The notes beneath the pieces were generated by a model, which was not told the origin of the DNA, did not search any database, and saw only the letters and a list, made by a program, of their open reading frames with translations. Below, piece after piece: positions 40,550-53,945 of a DNA stretch of 64,000 nt (position 1 is its first letter; each line of letters begins with the position of its first letter). The DNA comes from Octopus bimaculoides. Its lineage: Eukaryota. Position numbers and translations under genes: made by a program. The stretch covers positions 49,237,499 to 49,301,498 of the forward strand of contig NC_068984.1 of the NCBI RefSeq assembly GCF_001194135.2, in the 5' to 3' direction.

Positions 40550-41355
40550 NNNNNNNNNNNNNNNNNNNNNNNNNNNNNNNNNNNNNNNNNNNNNNNNNNN
40601 NNNNNNNNNNNNNNNNNNNNNNNNNNNNNNNNNNNNNNNNNNNNNNNNNNNNNNNNNNNNNNNNNNNNNNNNNNNNNNNNNNNNNNNNNNNNNNNNNNNN
40701 NNNNNNNNNNNNNNNNNNNNNNNNNNNNNNNNNNNNNNNNNNNNNNNNNNNNNNNNNNNNNNNNNNNNNNNNNNNNNNNNNNNNNNNNNNNNNNNNNNNN
40801 NNNNNNNNNNNNNNNNNNNNNNNNNNNNNNNNNNNNNNNNNNNNNNNNNNNNNNNNNNNNNNNNNNNNNNNNNNNNNNNNNNNNNNNNNNNNNNNNNNNN
40901 NNNNNNNNNNNNNNNNNNNNNNNNNNNNNNNNNNNNNNNNNNNNNNNNNNNNNNNNNNNNNNNNNNNNNNNNNNNNNNNNNNNNNNNNNNNNNNNNNNNN
41001 NNNNNNNNNNNNNNNNNNNNNNNNNNNNNNNNNNNNNNNNNNNNNNNNNNNNNNNNNNNNNNNNNNNNNNNNNNNNNNNNNNNNNNNNNNNNNNNNNNNN
41101 NNNNNNNNNNNNNNNNNNNNNNNNNNNNNNNNNNNNNNNNNNNNNNNNNNNNNNNNNNNNNNNNNNNNNNNNNNNNNNNNNNNNNNNNNNNNNNNNNNNN
41201 NNNNNNNNNNNNNNNNNNNNNNNNNNNNNNNNNNNNNNNNNNNNNNNNNNNNNNNNNNNNNNNNNNNNNNNNNNNNNNNNNNNNNNNNNNNNNNNNNNNN
41301 NNNNNNNNNNNNNNNNNNNNNNNNNNNNNNNNNNNNNNNNNNNNNNNNATATATA

Positions 41356-42249
41356 CGTGAGTGTACCAAAAGTAGCTGGAAACGTTCTCTGTAGGACAAG
41401 CTCGTAGTAGTTCGAGCTTCTGCCGTTAGAAGTCACTTGATGCAATCCCCAGCCATGAGTATGCCAACCGGCGTCTGGAGTCAAATCACACTGCAATGTG
41501 TTGCATCTTTGTTTTGCAGTGCTTCTCCCCTGTTCGTCGATCTTTGCAGTTGTTGAAACAAAGGATCAGCGTGCTTCCATGAAATTCTGTTTTCTACTGG
41601 AGAAAACGGCGACCGAAACAGTTGTCATGCTTCAAACAGCTTACAAGGACGCTGCCATGAGCAAAACACAAGTTTAAGAGTGGTTTTCATGCTTTAGAAA
41701 TGGTCACTTGTCATTTGAAGATCAACCTCGTTCAGTACGATCGTCGTTCTTCCGAACGAATGAAGACATCATGAAAATTTATGAGCTGATCTTGTAGGAC
41801 GGTCACTGAACAATTGACGAACTTGATATGATTGGTTTGTCCGGGAACTCCTGCCAACGAACTTTGATTGAGAAATTGCAAATGAAAAGAGCTGCAGCAA
41901 AATTTGTGCCTCGCTTGCTGGCGGAAGATCAAAAGCAGTCACGACTGAATTCGTGTCGTTAACTAAAAGAATAGTTGGAAGTTGATCCGGGACTTTCTTC
42001 GAAGGTCATCACTTGGTGACGAAATCTGGTGTTACAGAATTTGCAGATGTGGAAGAGGTGAAGAAAAATCGACGGAGGTGTTAAAAGGCCGTACTTCGCA
42101 AGAGTTCTGATACTGCTTTGGACAGTGTCTGGACCGATGCATTGCTTCAAAATGGAATACTTTGAAGGCCGATAAAGGTGTAAACATATAAAACTGACTG
42201 AATAAAATAACATTGCAAATTTCCAGTTACTTTTGGGTACCTCTTCTTG
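41356..42249 (+). mobile_element. Internally deleted mariner element
   Basis: QRASMKFCFLLEKTATETVVMLQTAYKDAAMSKTQV*EWF...EDQPRS, AAKFVPRLL, KVIT(G)DE then a direct jump to FADVEEVK; degenerate TIRs (GTACCAAAAGTAGCTGGAAA / TTTCCAGTTACTTTTGGGTAC). Confidence 0.9.
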
Positions 42250-42318
42250 TATGTATAAATGCATGTATGTATGTATGTATGTATGCATATATATGTGTGT
42301 GTGTATGTGTGCGCGCGC

Positions 42319-42355
<37 letters not shown>

Positions 42356-42974
42356 TATTACACATACACGCAGAGACTTGCACGCACGCACATGCACACA
42401 CATACATACACATACCTCCTTCTCTTACAATCTCCTGTCTTAGAAGGAACTTTTTCTTCACCCATTCCCTTCCGGTCATTTCAAAATGTAACCACATGTG
42501 AATCGTTGTCCTCTTAACGACTGTCTCTGCAAACTCCTTAAACAAAGCAACTTTTTTATTTTATTTATTTATTTATTTTAGTTCATTTTAGTTCATATTA
42601 TTTTATCCTCTGTTATACGCATTTACTTTTTAAACATTGTTGCCCCTTCTCGAATTTTTATCATTTTTTCATCATTTTCTCTCCGTAGTATTGTTTAATT
42701 TTCAATTGCGTGATTTTTTATAATTGCATTAATTTCTTTTTTATCCTTTTAATTTCTATTATTTTATTTCTTATTTATTATGCTGCATCTGCTAATTTTT
42801 ATTTAAAAAATTTATATCATGTACCCTCCCCACCCTTCTTTTAATCAATCTTATTTTATATTTTATTTTATTTCTATATACACGCACACATACATACACA
42901 CATGTAATAATAACACACATGAAAAAACACAAGCACCCGCGCACACGCATGAATAACATACACCTCCCACACAC

Positions 42975-43203
42975 GGCGAGCTGGCAGAAACGTTAGCACG
43001 CCGGGTGAAACGCTTAACAGTATTTCGTCCGCCGCTACGTTCTGAGTTCAAATTCCGCCGTGGTCGACTTAGCCTTTCATCCTTTCGGGGTCGATAAATT
43101 AAGTACCAGTTACGCACTGGGGTCGATGTAATCGACTTAATCCGTTTGTCTGTCGTTGTTTGTCCTCTCTGTGTTTAGCCCCTTGTGGGTAGTAAAGAAA
43201 TAA
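42975..43203 (+). mobile_element. SINE family A, near full length
   Basis: GGCGAGCTGGCAGAAACGTTAGC, B box GAGTTCAAATTCC, tail GTTTAGCCCCTTGTGGGTAGTAAAGAAATAA. Confidence 0.93.
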
Positions 43204-43403
43204 CACACCACACACGTACACACAAAACACATACATGCTCATACTTACACAAGCATACATCCACACTCAGACATACACACATGCACATATACACGCGCAC
43301 ACGCGCATACACGCTCACACACGCGCACACACGCGCATACACGCGCGCGCACGCGTACGCATACAGGAACGCATATATACCTCCATATAATACAACCCCG
43401 CGC

Positions 43404-43792
43404 TTGTTGTTGTTGGCACTCCGTCGCTTACGACGTCGAGGGTTCCAGTTGATCCGATCAACGGAACAGCCTGCTCGTGAAATTAACGTGCAAGTGGCTG
43501 AGCACTCCACAGACACGTGTACCCTTAACGTAGTTCTCGGGGATATTCAGCGTGACACAGTGTGACAAGGCTGACCCTTTGAATTACAGGCACAACAGAA
43601 ACAGGAAGTAAGAGTGAGAGAAAGTTGTGGTGGAAGAGTACAGCAGGGTTCGCCACCATCCCCTGCTGGAGCCTCGTGGAGCTTTAGGTGTTTTCGCTCA
43701 ATAAACACTCACAACGGCCGGTCTGGGATTCGAAACCGCGACCCTATGACCGCGAGTCCGCTGCCCTAACCACTGGGCCATTGCGCCTCCAC
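43404..43792 (-). mobile_element. SINE family B, full length
   Basis: Minus-strand head GGCGCAATGGCCCAGTGGTTAGGGC...GGTTTCGAATCCC; (CAA)n tail; probable TSD CAACCCC(G/A)CGC on both sides. Confidence 0.9.
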
Positions 43793-45189
43793 TCAACCCC
43801 ACGCGTACACTTACATACACACACGCTCATACAAACACACGCACACACATCAATGCACATGTCCCTCACATATATCTCCCACACACACCAAACATACACA
43901 ACACGCACACACACGACACACACATACTTGCGCACGCACACACACGTACACAAACGCACACACACATACGCATACAGGCACAGGAAAGCACAAATACCTA
44001 ACACACACAACCCCACGCACACACATACAGACACATATGCACATACACATACATGCACACACACATATACACACACATATACACACACATACACACAGGC
44101 ACATGTACGCGCACATACCTCCCACACTCACAGACACATACACGCACACAATTACACATACGTGGGCATATGCAAACACGCATATATACGCACACACCTC
44201 CCACACACGAACGCACACGAATGCACGCATACACAGGACCACACATATACTCCACACACAACCCCACACACACATACACACATGAACATACACACATACA
44301 CACATACACACACACATACTCACGCACACACAACATATACATGCACACATACATACACATACACACGCTTATACATATATGCGCACACATACGCACGCGC
44401 GCACACGCACGCGAGCACGCACACATACACACACCTACATCTACACACGCACACATACACGCACACACAGCTACACGCACATACACCCATACACATGCAC
44501 ACACAGACGCAGGCGCATACACGCGCAAAACGCACATATACCTCCACACACAACCATTGGTTCACGCATACACACGCACACATACACGCACACACACACA
44601 TGTACACACGCACACACATACACACATGTACACACCCACATACACTGACACGTGCACACATAAATATTGACACCTACACACATATACACAAATACACATG
44701 CACGTACACTCACACGCATACATATACACACGCACACACATACACACATGCACACGCATATGAACTCACTCATACCTCCCACACACACAACACACGCTTA
44801 TACATTCACGCACACAATTACACATACATGGGCATATACACGCACACACATACACGCACACACACGCACGCACGAATGCACAGGCCTACACACACAGAGG
44901 AACGCACATATACTCCATATGCTCCACACATACAACCCCCGCACCCAACACCATGTGTACACACGCACATACACACACATACGCACACGCACAGACACAT
45001 GCACACACTACACACAAACCTCACATGCACACAGATTGTGCATACGGATATGCCCACACATACACACATGCCTCCTTCTTTTGCACTCCTTTGTCTTAGA
45101 AAGAATTATTTCTTCATCCAGTCCCTTCTGGTCATTTCAAAATGTAACCACATGTGAATCTTTGGCGATTTTCTTCTTCTGTCTTCCCT

Positions 45190-45935
45190 TCTATTGGACT
45201 TTCCTCTGTTTCCGAAGACAGGCGACTGAGGTGTCGGAAATAGAGTAGAAGTGGAGGGCAGGATGGAAAGATTTGACAAAAGAGAGGAAGGGATCTAGAT
45301 GTCTGTGGGAGAGTGTGGTCGCACTGATACAGTCGTCAATGTAACGACCATATAGTTCAGGACTGGGGCCAGTGAAACTGGAGAACATTTGGGCCTCAAC
45401 GTAGCCAATGAGCAGGTTTGCATAGTTGGGACCCATTCTTGTTCCCATGGCCACTCCCCAGAACGGCGGTAAAAATCAACCGCGAAAGAGAATCAGTTAA
45501 GTGAGAGGACAAGTTCGACAAGACGAAGGTGTGTGGATGTGTCAGGTTGGGGGTTAGGTCGAATGTTAAGGAAATGTTGGAGTGCACCCAGCCCCTCGTG
45601 GTGAGGAATCACGTGTACAGGCTCTTGGTGTCAAGAGTGAAGAGAAATTTTGTGGGGCCAGGAGGGCAGGCGGTGTTGAACAAACGAAGAGTATTTTTGG
45701 TGTCATGGATGTGAGAGGGGAGGGAAGCCACTTGTTGCGGCAAGGTCACGGTCAAGATATATGGAGATGAGTTTGGGGGGACAGTTACAGGCGGAGACGA
45801 TGGGGCGGCCAGGGTTGCTGGGTTTGTTAGATTTTAGAGAGTAAGTAAATTGTGGGGGTGAGAGTGGTGCGGACAATGAGGTTAGAGACGGTGGAAGGGA
45901 AGACGGGAGGAGGAGATGAGGTAATCGATACGCCG
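45190..45935 (-). mobile_element. Penelope-like element reverse transcriptase fragment
   Basis: AMGTRMGPNYANLLIGYVE...YGRYIDDCI...FLSFVKSFHPALHF, typical of PLE RT motifs B'/C. Confidence 0.9.
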
Positions 45936-46079
45936 GTATATGTATATATAGAAAAAAAAATCAAAACAAAAATGGAACAAGAACGTAACAGGCGACAACA
46001 AAACATCCGGACATTTTAAAAGATATATTTATCAAAATTACATAAAAGTATCTTGAGATACTAAAGAGTACATTTATTC

Positions 46080-46823
46080 AATAAAATTGACATTGGCTTC
46101 AACCACGGTCTCCAGACGAGTTAGGAATATCTTGCAACTCTTCTTGACGGTCGCCTTGTTTAAGTTGGTGAACGCTGCCATAATCCTTGCCTTCAATTAA
46201 TTTTTGGTGTTACAAGGAGTTTTGTTGGTTTCTCGCTCAACTGTCCCCAACACATAATAATCAATGGGTTTCAATCTGTGGAGTTAGGTGGCCGGATGTT
46301 AGGGTTGATGTGGTCTCAGAAATTGTCTGACAGCCGAGACCGGGTTCTCATGCTTGTGTGGCATGGTGCAGAGTCTTGTTGCCAGACATAGGGTCGTCCA
46401 GCAGCCACCCTTTTAACCCAAGGCAGCACTACCTCTTCCAGGCATTTAATGTAGGTCTCCGTGTTTTCTTCGAAGCTGTGTGGGAAGATGAATAAAAGCA
46501 TAACGTCGCCATCACTAGTGATCACTCCAAACACCATGATGTTGACTGGATGTTTGATTTTTATCATTATCGGTACATATACGCAGATTTTCCTGTCCTG
46601 AGATTGACACCCAAATACTATGAAATGTTCATATTGGAGCTTTTGGCGCGAATACCAAGCAGTACAGCATGTCGTTTCCAAATTTCTGGGAGAGTGAATT
46701 GCGTCATGGTGGTGTTTTTCTCACAGACGGTGCCCAACTGACTTTACTATACTGGGTAGTCAACAATTTCAAAAACAAACAATGCGTATGTGCGAAATAA
46801 AATAATTTACCTATCGCACCCTG
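46080..46823 (-). mobile_element. maT/DD37D-like Tc1/mariner remnant, internally deleted
   Basis: KHPVNIMVFGVITSDGDVM...YIKCLEEVVLPWV...YVWQQDSAPCHTS, PPNSTD*NPLDY; terminus CAGGGTGCGATAGG with TA at 46824-46825. Confidence 0.85.
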
Positions 46824-47305
46824 TACTTATGATGGTGTAATTAAATATTTTAAAATCAATCTCTCTAATATTAGCCTTTCCAAAGCATACTAAAACTATA
46901 ACTTCACTTGAACATTTATTATTTGCTGTACAAATTTTCATGGCATCAAATGCGATCTAATCACATTTGATGCCATGGATTGTCTTAAGAAACCATAAGA
47001 TAACATTGAATTTCTAAGGGAAACTGAATTCTTGGCGATGTATATATTCAAGTACAAAACAATGCATGAAGACCCAGGTATGTATCACAGATGTTTCATA
47101 TTCATCACCCCGCAGCAAACATGGACTATCACAAGAACTGTATCATCCAATTTGTCATATTTTATACGAGACCATAATAAATAGATATACTAGTTCCATT
47201 TCCATCTGCAACAAGGCTATTCGTTTGTTTATATAGTTACAACTACAAGTAAGCATCTATCTATCTATCTATCTGTATCTCTCTCTCTCTCTCTCTCACT
47301 CTCTC

Positions 47306-47392
<87 letters not shown>

Positions 47393-47711
47393 CACATGCA
47401 AATATCGTTAGTTAGAATAGACAGGAGTATTTGTGAATGTATTACCACTATTGTCTTGTTGCAGATGGAATTAATATACATATTAAATATATTTCTGATA
47501 TATGAATATTTAGCAGAAGCAGTAGAGTGATCAAAATTTTCGTGCGCCAGCACTTATGAAGCTGAACCTGGAACCATGTGTTTGGGGAGCACGCTTCTTA
47601 CTACTCACCCATATATATATATATATATATGTAAGCATGTATTATGTATATATGTATGTATTATATATGCACGTATATATGTATGTGTGTATGCATGCAT
47701 GTATGTATGTA

Positions 47712-48490
47712 CGTGAGTTAAAAGTTCAGAGGTTGACTATGAAGGAGTGATGGTATAACTGTGAGACTGTGCATCAATTTCAATTCCTCTCACTGTTTCT
47801 TTCCACGTAAACTAACATCTAACCACTCAAAGAACACTCCAAAAGTAACTAGTCAAAAAAATTACCAAGAGCAGATATAGCGTCATCATCACTGCGGTAC
47901 TAGTTCCCAGTCAAGTGTTGTTCATATCGCGGGACAGATTATAGTCAGATGGGACCAATTCTGGAGAATAGCGACCGTGATCAACCAGTTCAAAAACACA
48001 GTCAAACACACCAGTCATTGAAACGAAGGACTCGAGTGCTGGAGCATTGTCCTAATGAAACAAGAACCCTTTCCCCAATTTTCCTGACTGTTTGCCAGTG
48101 ATAGCCTTCCGAACTGCCTCAGAATGTTAGCGTAGTACTCACCATTGATGTCGTGGCTCTTTTGAAGATAGTCAAAAGACACAATACCTTTTGCATTCCA
48201 AAAATCTGAAGCTGTCACCATCCTTGCAGATGAAACAACCTTCGCCATCGTTGGCGCAGGTGAGCAAGAATGTTTCACCTGAACGGGTTGTCTCTTTGTC
48301 TCTAGCTCAAAGTGATGAACGCAACACTCATTCCGGTTTCAGAAACGTTCGAGGAAACCAGTTCGATCTGCCTCAAACAATATCAGATTTTCCCGTGATG
48401 TAATCAGCCTGGTGCGCTTTTGATCAGGTGTAGCACCCGCCGAGCAGAACCTTTTGTCATGCGAAATTCATTCAGCAGAATATTGTCAAC
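47712..48490 (-). mobile_element. mariner (DD34D) transposase remnant
   Basis: AKVVSSARMVTASDFWNAKGIVSFDYLQK...INGEYYANILRQ, YSPELVPSDY; TIR-like end with TA at 47710-47711. Confidence 0.88.
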
Positions 48491-48499
48491 TCTCTCATG

Positions 48500-48620
48500 A
48501 GAAAATCCTCGAGAACCCAGGCCCCTACATCAACAGGATAAAACGTTACAAATTATGCACAGCTGAACGGACAAGAATCCTTAAGGACTCCCTCCATCCT
48601 TAACTAATAGATGAAATCGT
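48500..48620 (+). mobile_element. Penelope-like GIY-YIG C-terminal fragment
   Basis: KILENPGPYINRIKRYKLCTAERTRI resembles the PLE ILxxAxPYxxxxKRCxLCLxEKxxI motif. Confidence 0.5.
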
Positions 48621-48669
48621 ACTATCTAGCTATTTACGTTCTGGTAAATGGACTGTTAATATAGTGTGC

Positions 48670-48960
48670 TAATATAGTGGATCGGCCGCGATATCAGGAT
48701 GCCTGATAATCGTCTCCCGAAAATGGTCTTCTTCGGAGAGCTATCAGCCGATGTTCGCCCGCACGGAGGACCCAAGAAGAGGTTCAGGGACTAACTGAAG
48801 TTTATCCTGAACTCCTGCAACATTCAACCGGCACAACTTGAACACTTTGCTCGGGGCCGGCAAACCTGGCTCTCTTTCTACGATGAAAGAACTGCACGCT
48901 TTGAACTAATCCAACGTGAGAAATCTGAAGAAAAGAGAGACGTCAACATCATCTCAGACT
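48670..48960 (+). mobile_element. RTE LINE C-terminal fragment
   Basis: WIGRDIRMPDNRLPKMVFFGELSADVRPHGGPKKRFRD*LK. Confidence 0.85.
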
Positions 48961-51779
48961 CACCAACGACATAATGAGAAACTTACCTTGTCATCTGTGT
49001 TCAAGGACATGCCATTCCAGGACCGAACAAATTTCACATCTATCAACTCACAAAATATATGATAAGACTCCTAAAGGACAAAGTCGTCGTCAACATTGAC
49101 GAACAGCTATAAGCAAATGAGGTTGTATGTTGGTTAAATATTCTGTTAATTGGGTTTAAACCACTCATTTACCTAGAGTTATTATGACCACAGAGAAAAT
49201 TTTTGAGGAGTGTATTCACTTCTACAGTTGAATAAAATTTTTTATCTGCCACTAATATTTCCGTCTAAACCCTTTCTTCCGTACAAAGTCTACAATACTC
49301 TGCTTGTGTTCATTTGTCTTAAACACTGTTAAAGGATACACCGAGTAAAAGAAAATAGATTTTGTGAAGTTGAAAGACTTGAAATACTTCTAGCATGAAT
49401 TTCTATGATTTTATTTTTTCAATTTGCAATAGTTGCACATCCCTGATGATTTGACATTAAATATTATGTAATTTGCATTATATAAACAATAAACACCCTA
49501 TGTTAAAGAAACATGCATAAAATTGTAGCTAAATATATTATAAACAATCTTTCGTGTTTTGTTTTGTTTTCTGCATATATACTGTGTAACAATCAAATCT
49601 GTATTTCATAACAAAGGGTGTAATTACAATGCACGAACCGAAATACGCATGGAGTTCTTAATACTGCGTATTCGTCACGCAATTTTATGTTTAGATTGTA
49701 CTGAACGAATATAAACACGCGCGCGCACAAGCACACACGTACACACACACGTTATGCACACACACATACTATAGAGTGGTAAATTTAACCAGACGCGTAC
49801 TTTAATGGCACTTCCTGGCCCTTGGGTTGTCTTTAGTGGGGTTTGTGTTGTAAGTATTAAAGGTAGGTCTTGACACACTTCCTGAAGGACGTAATGCATG
49901 CCGACTTACTTTCTCTGATTAAGCCATAAAAAACTTAGAGTAACAAAATCAAAATCATTTTTTAATATTTTGTAAAGATAAAAAGTATATAAGGAAAGAA
50001 AGCTCCTAAAACATTTCCTTCTATACACAAGCACATACATTCAGTTCAGTCATAAATATTCATGCACTCACACATTCATAGAATTACATTTAAATTATGT
50101 TTAAAGTATGTCATGATTATTTTCGTTTTACTAAATTCTCAGAGAAACACGTTAATAGGGCTGTCCACGTACAATTAACTTAGTAAACAATCTTCAAACT
50201 AATATGCTCGCACAGAACACAACTATTTCTTTTCTTAGATGTCTGAATTTATATAACAAACTTATTATTGGGTCATTAGATCATTAACAGAGACTTAATA
50301 TTTGTATAAATATATCGGTACAATTCAACCAAAGTGGGTATCTCAAACAGGGTGAAAATCTGCTTTACAGTTCCATCTGACTGGGGACTTAGAACCACTC
50401 AATGAAACATGCTACATTCTCAAAGAATTCTTTTAAATATTGTTCTAGTATCGCATGTATAATTAACATCTCCCCATTCAACTCTTTCAGTTTTATCGTC
50501 CTCATATCGTCCTTAGCTAAATTGCTTTCGAGACACAACGATTGATTAGCTAATCTGTCACGACCAGAATCACCTACTTTTTATGTAGACCAGAGAATGA
50601 TGAAATCAATACAGTTGACGCTTAGCTTGGCCTTTGGTTAATCAATGTCCCTGAAAACGATGAGAGTGATAAGGGGTTTCCAGAGAAGTGATACTGTTAG
50701 AAGGAGTATTATATAAAGTGGTTATAGGTGGTAAGAAGAGAGTGTTGCATGAGGGCCTGTGTAGAATGCATATAACTAGCTAGCTTGGATAAACATAGAT
50801 TATGATGTGGAGCAAGAGGCGACAGCAAATTAATGGGCCCCAGGATGTAGTCAAGAAAAATTGATTAATATAATCCTTCGTAAGAGGCTACTAACAATCT
50901 TTCAATGAAGAAAAATGTTCTAACTTACGTACATCTTATGCACTCTTACTGATATTGCAACACATAGCAAAGACTACGGACCCTCAGATCTCGTCATGCA
51001 CAGAGCTTCCCAGTATTACTACCAAGCGAATACCCAGTTATTCAAAAATCGTGTAATATACATTTTTTTTACATTAGCACAAGGTAACAAATTGCAATTA
51101 TAATTCATTATCTCAAATTTATCGTGTACCTATATTTACCTTAACGACATTAAAAGTCAAATTTAGATAATTGTCCTTAACATAGCTTGTATAAAGTACA
51201 TTAGGAAATTTAACTAGGTGCCACAAGGAATTAAGTTCACCATTCTCCTCTTTCTGCAAATATAGCACCTTTCTGAACGCAGTACCTAACAGCTTCCAAT
51301 TTAGGAACAAAACCAGCAATTTTAAGGCGAGAGTGTTAATCGATTGCATTGACTCCAGGATTTGAAAGGTTCTTCATGGCATCGTCCCCGGGGAGACGAA
51401 AAGCGAAGTTAACTTAGGCGGGATGTGAACTCAGTATGTAAAGAGCTGGGAGTAATGCAATAAAGAAACTGTTCAACACCCGAACGATAACGGTTACTGC
51501 CTTTCTGGACACATTAGTACAAGATGAGTATATATGATTTAATGACAAGGAAGCAAAATATCATAAAACAAGATACACGGAAGATCAGAGGAATTAACGT
51601 TCACACAATTTTAGACACACATAAAACAGGATATATGCAATATCAACGAAACAAACAATTTTTCGGTATAAAACATATACATACACGGAGAAGTGTGACA
51701 GTGTATTATATTGATCATTACCTCTTTTTTTTTTTTTTGCAGCAAGCATCCTGTTCTACATTTATGTTATTAAGTAATC

Positions 51780-52008
51780 TATTTCCTTATTGCCCACAAG
51801 GGGCTAAACATAGAGGGGACAAACAAGGACAGACAAAGGGATTAAGTCGATTACATCGACCCCAGTGCGTAACTGGTACTTAGTTTATCGACTCCGAAAG
51901 GATGAAAGGCAAAGTCGACCTCGGCGGAATTTGAACTCAGGACGTAACGGCAGACGAAATACCGCTAAGTATTTCGCCCGGCGTGCTAACGTTTCTGCCA
52001 GCTCGCCG
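51780..52008 (-). mobile_element. SINE family A, full length with 21-bp TSD
   Basis: Perfect direct repeats CATTTATGTTATTAAGTAATC at 51759-51779 and 52009-52029. Confidence 0.95.
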
Positions 52009-52548
52009 CATTTATGTTATTAAGTAATCGTGTTGCTTGAATTTCATCACACACACAAACACGTGNNNNNNNNNNNNNNNNNNNNNNNNNNNNNNNNNNN
52101 NNNNNNNNNNNNNNNNNNNNNNNNNNNNNNNNNNNNNNNNNNNNNNNNNNNNNNNNNNNNNNNNNNNNNNNNNNNNNNNNNNNNNNNNNNNNNNNNNNNN
52201 NNNNNNNNNNNNNNNNNNNNNNNNNNNNNNNNNNNNNNNNNNNNNNNNNNNNNNNNNNNNNNNNNNNNNNNNNNNNNNNNNNNNNNNNNNNNNNNNNNNN
52301 NNNNNNNNNNNNNNNNNNNNNNNNNNNNNNNNNNNNNNNNNNNNNNNNNNNNNNNNNNNNNNNNNNNNNNNNNNNNNNNNNNNNNNNNNNNTTTATGAGT
52401 TTCTATGCCACAAAATACTGTTAAAATAATTTGTTTTTTACTAGAACTTTCTCGTTTGTTCCAATAATCTTATCAGTGGTCATTTTTAAGTGTGAAAACG
52501 CTAGCTTCTTCATTCAGCACTGAGACAACATAAAGTAGTGTCGTAATA

Positions 52549-52745
52549 ATGGCGAAAAGTAAAGAACTCACAAATTGAGTGAAAAACTTAATTATTGAAC
52601 AGTGGAAAGCAGGTAAAAGTTACAGGAAAATATCAGAGACCCTTTGTATTCCATTGTCTACCATATCTTCATTTATTCAAATATATAAAAAAAAATCGGG
52701 AACTGTTGAAAACAGAATAAGATCTGGTGCACAACGCAAGATTAA
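52549..52745 (+). mobile_element. Tc1-like transposase N-terminal HTH fragment
   Basis: MAKSKELTN*VKNLIIEQWKAGKSYRKISETLCIPLSTISSFI...RSGAQRKI. Confidence 0.75.
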
Positions 52746-53295
52746 ACTTGACCATAGTCAAATACTGCAATGCAATTCTTCATCGGTCTACAAATTTACA
52801 AGCCCGACACTTTTGTGATGATAATAACACACGCTTCTAACAAGGGCCCAAGATTTTCAAATTTGTGAAGGATCGAGTTTGACAAATCATTTCCAGCAGT
52901 TGACTAGTATTTTATTTACTTTACCCCAGGGTTATGAAAGTCAAGACTGACCTCTGTAGGACCTGAAATCAGAACTTAAAGGATAGTAACAAATGCTGCC
53001 AGAAACGAAACGATCTACAACTGAAGTAAGGTGCTCAAATTGGTTTAAATATACTGTATATTCATCTATTTATGATATTTGGCTCCTACTTGATTAGTTA
53101 CATTCCTCAAGAAATTACTAAAGTTTCTAATTTGTTAATGTATATAATTGAACTAGTAAATAACAATCATTTATTATTAAATATATTAATACCACCAGAT
53201 ATGTGACGGTTTGTGTTTATATATGTGTGTGTGTATTCATATGTATACATATATTCGCACATACTAAGACGCGTGCACACACACACAAGCACACA

Positions 53296-53340
<45 letters not shown>

Positions 53341-53542
53341 GCACACACACACTCACTCACTCACTCACTCACTGTTAGTCGTTTGAGTCTTCCAATACAA
53401 ACAATACACATTACAGGCAGAATAAAATAAATACATACGCTTAAACTTAAGAGAGATAAGCCCATATACTCCTGCTTCTTTTACCTATCCATCTCTCACT
53501 TATCCATAGTTATTCTATAACGTGAATGTGTGTGAATGTGAA

Positions 53543-53573
<31 letters not shown>

Positions 53574-53945
53574 NNNNNNNNNNNNNNNNNNNNNNNNNNN
53601 NNNNNNNNNNNNNNNNNNNNNNNNNNNNNNNNNNNNNNNNNNNNNNNNNNNNNNNNNNNNNNNNNNNNNNNNNNNNNNNNNNNNNNNNNNNNNNNNNNNN
53701 NNNNNNNNNNNNNNNNNNNNNNNNNNNNNNNNNNNNNNNNNNNNNNNNNNNNNNNNNNNNNNNNNNNNNNNNNNNNNNNNNNNNNNNNNNNNNNNNNNNN
53801 NNNNNNNNNNNNNNNNNNNNNNNNNNNNNNNNNNNNNNNNNNNNNNNNNNNNNNNNNNNNNNNNNNNNNNNNNNNNNNNNNNNNNNNNNNNNNNNNNNNN
53901 NNNNNNNNNNNNNNNNNNNNNNNNNNNNNNNNNNNNNNNNNNNNN

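Larger units (their letters stand above)
42860..45070. repeat. CA/CG-rich low-complexity array with recurring landmark motifs
   Basis: Recurrent ACCTCCCACAC, ACAATTACACATACRTGGGCATAT, ATATACYTCC...ACAACCCC motifs within (CA)n-like DNA; interrupted by two SINEs. Confidence 0.85.

Noticed and set aside
40423-41496. Long ORFs spanning N runs (also near 3521-3934, 8070-8315, 30524-30796, 52030-52429, 53510-54119)
   Set aside because: Assembly gaps translated as X, not coding evidence.
43688-45248. 489-aa His/Thr-rich ORF and overlapping Cys/Val-rich ORFs
   Set aside because: CA/TG-rich DNA rarely forms stop codons, so several frames on both strands are open; the ORF starts inside a SINE; no domain signal.
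48960-49110. Second PLE fragment in permuted order around the RTE piece
   Set aside because: Similarity (QLTKYMIRLLKDK to LSKYIWxLKD) is too weak to support a rearrangement claim.
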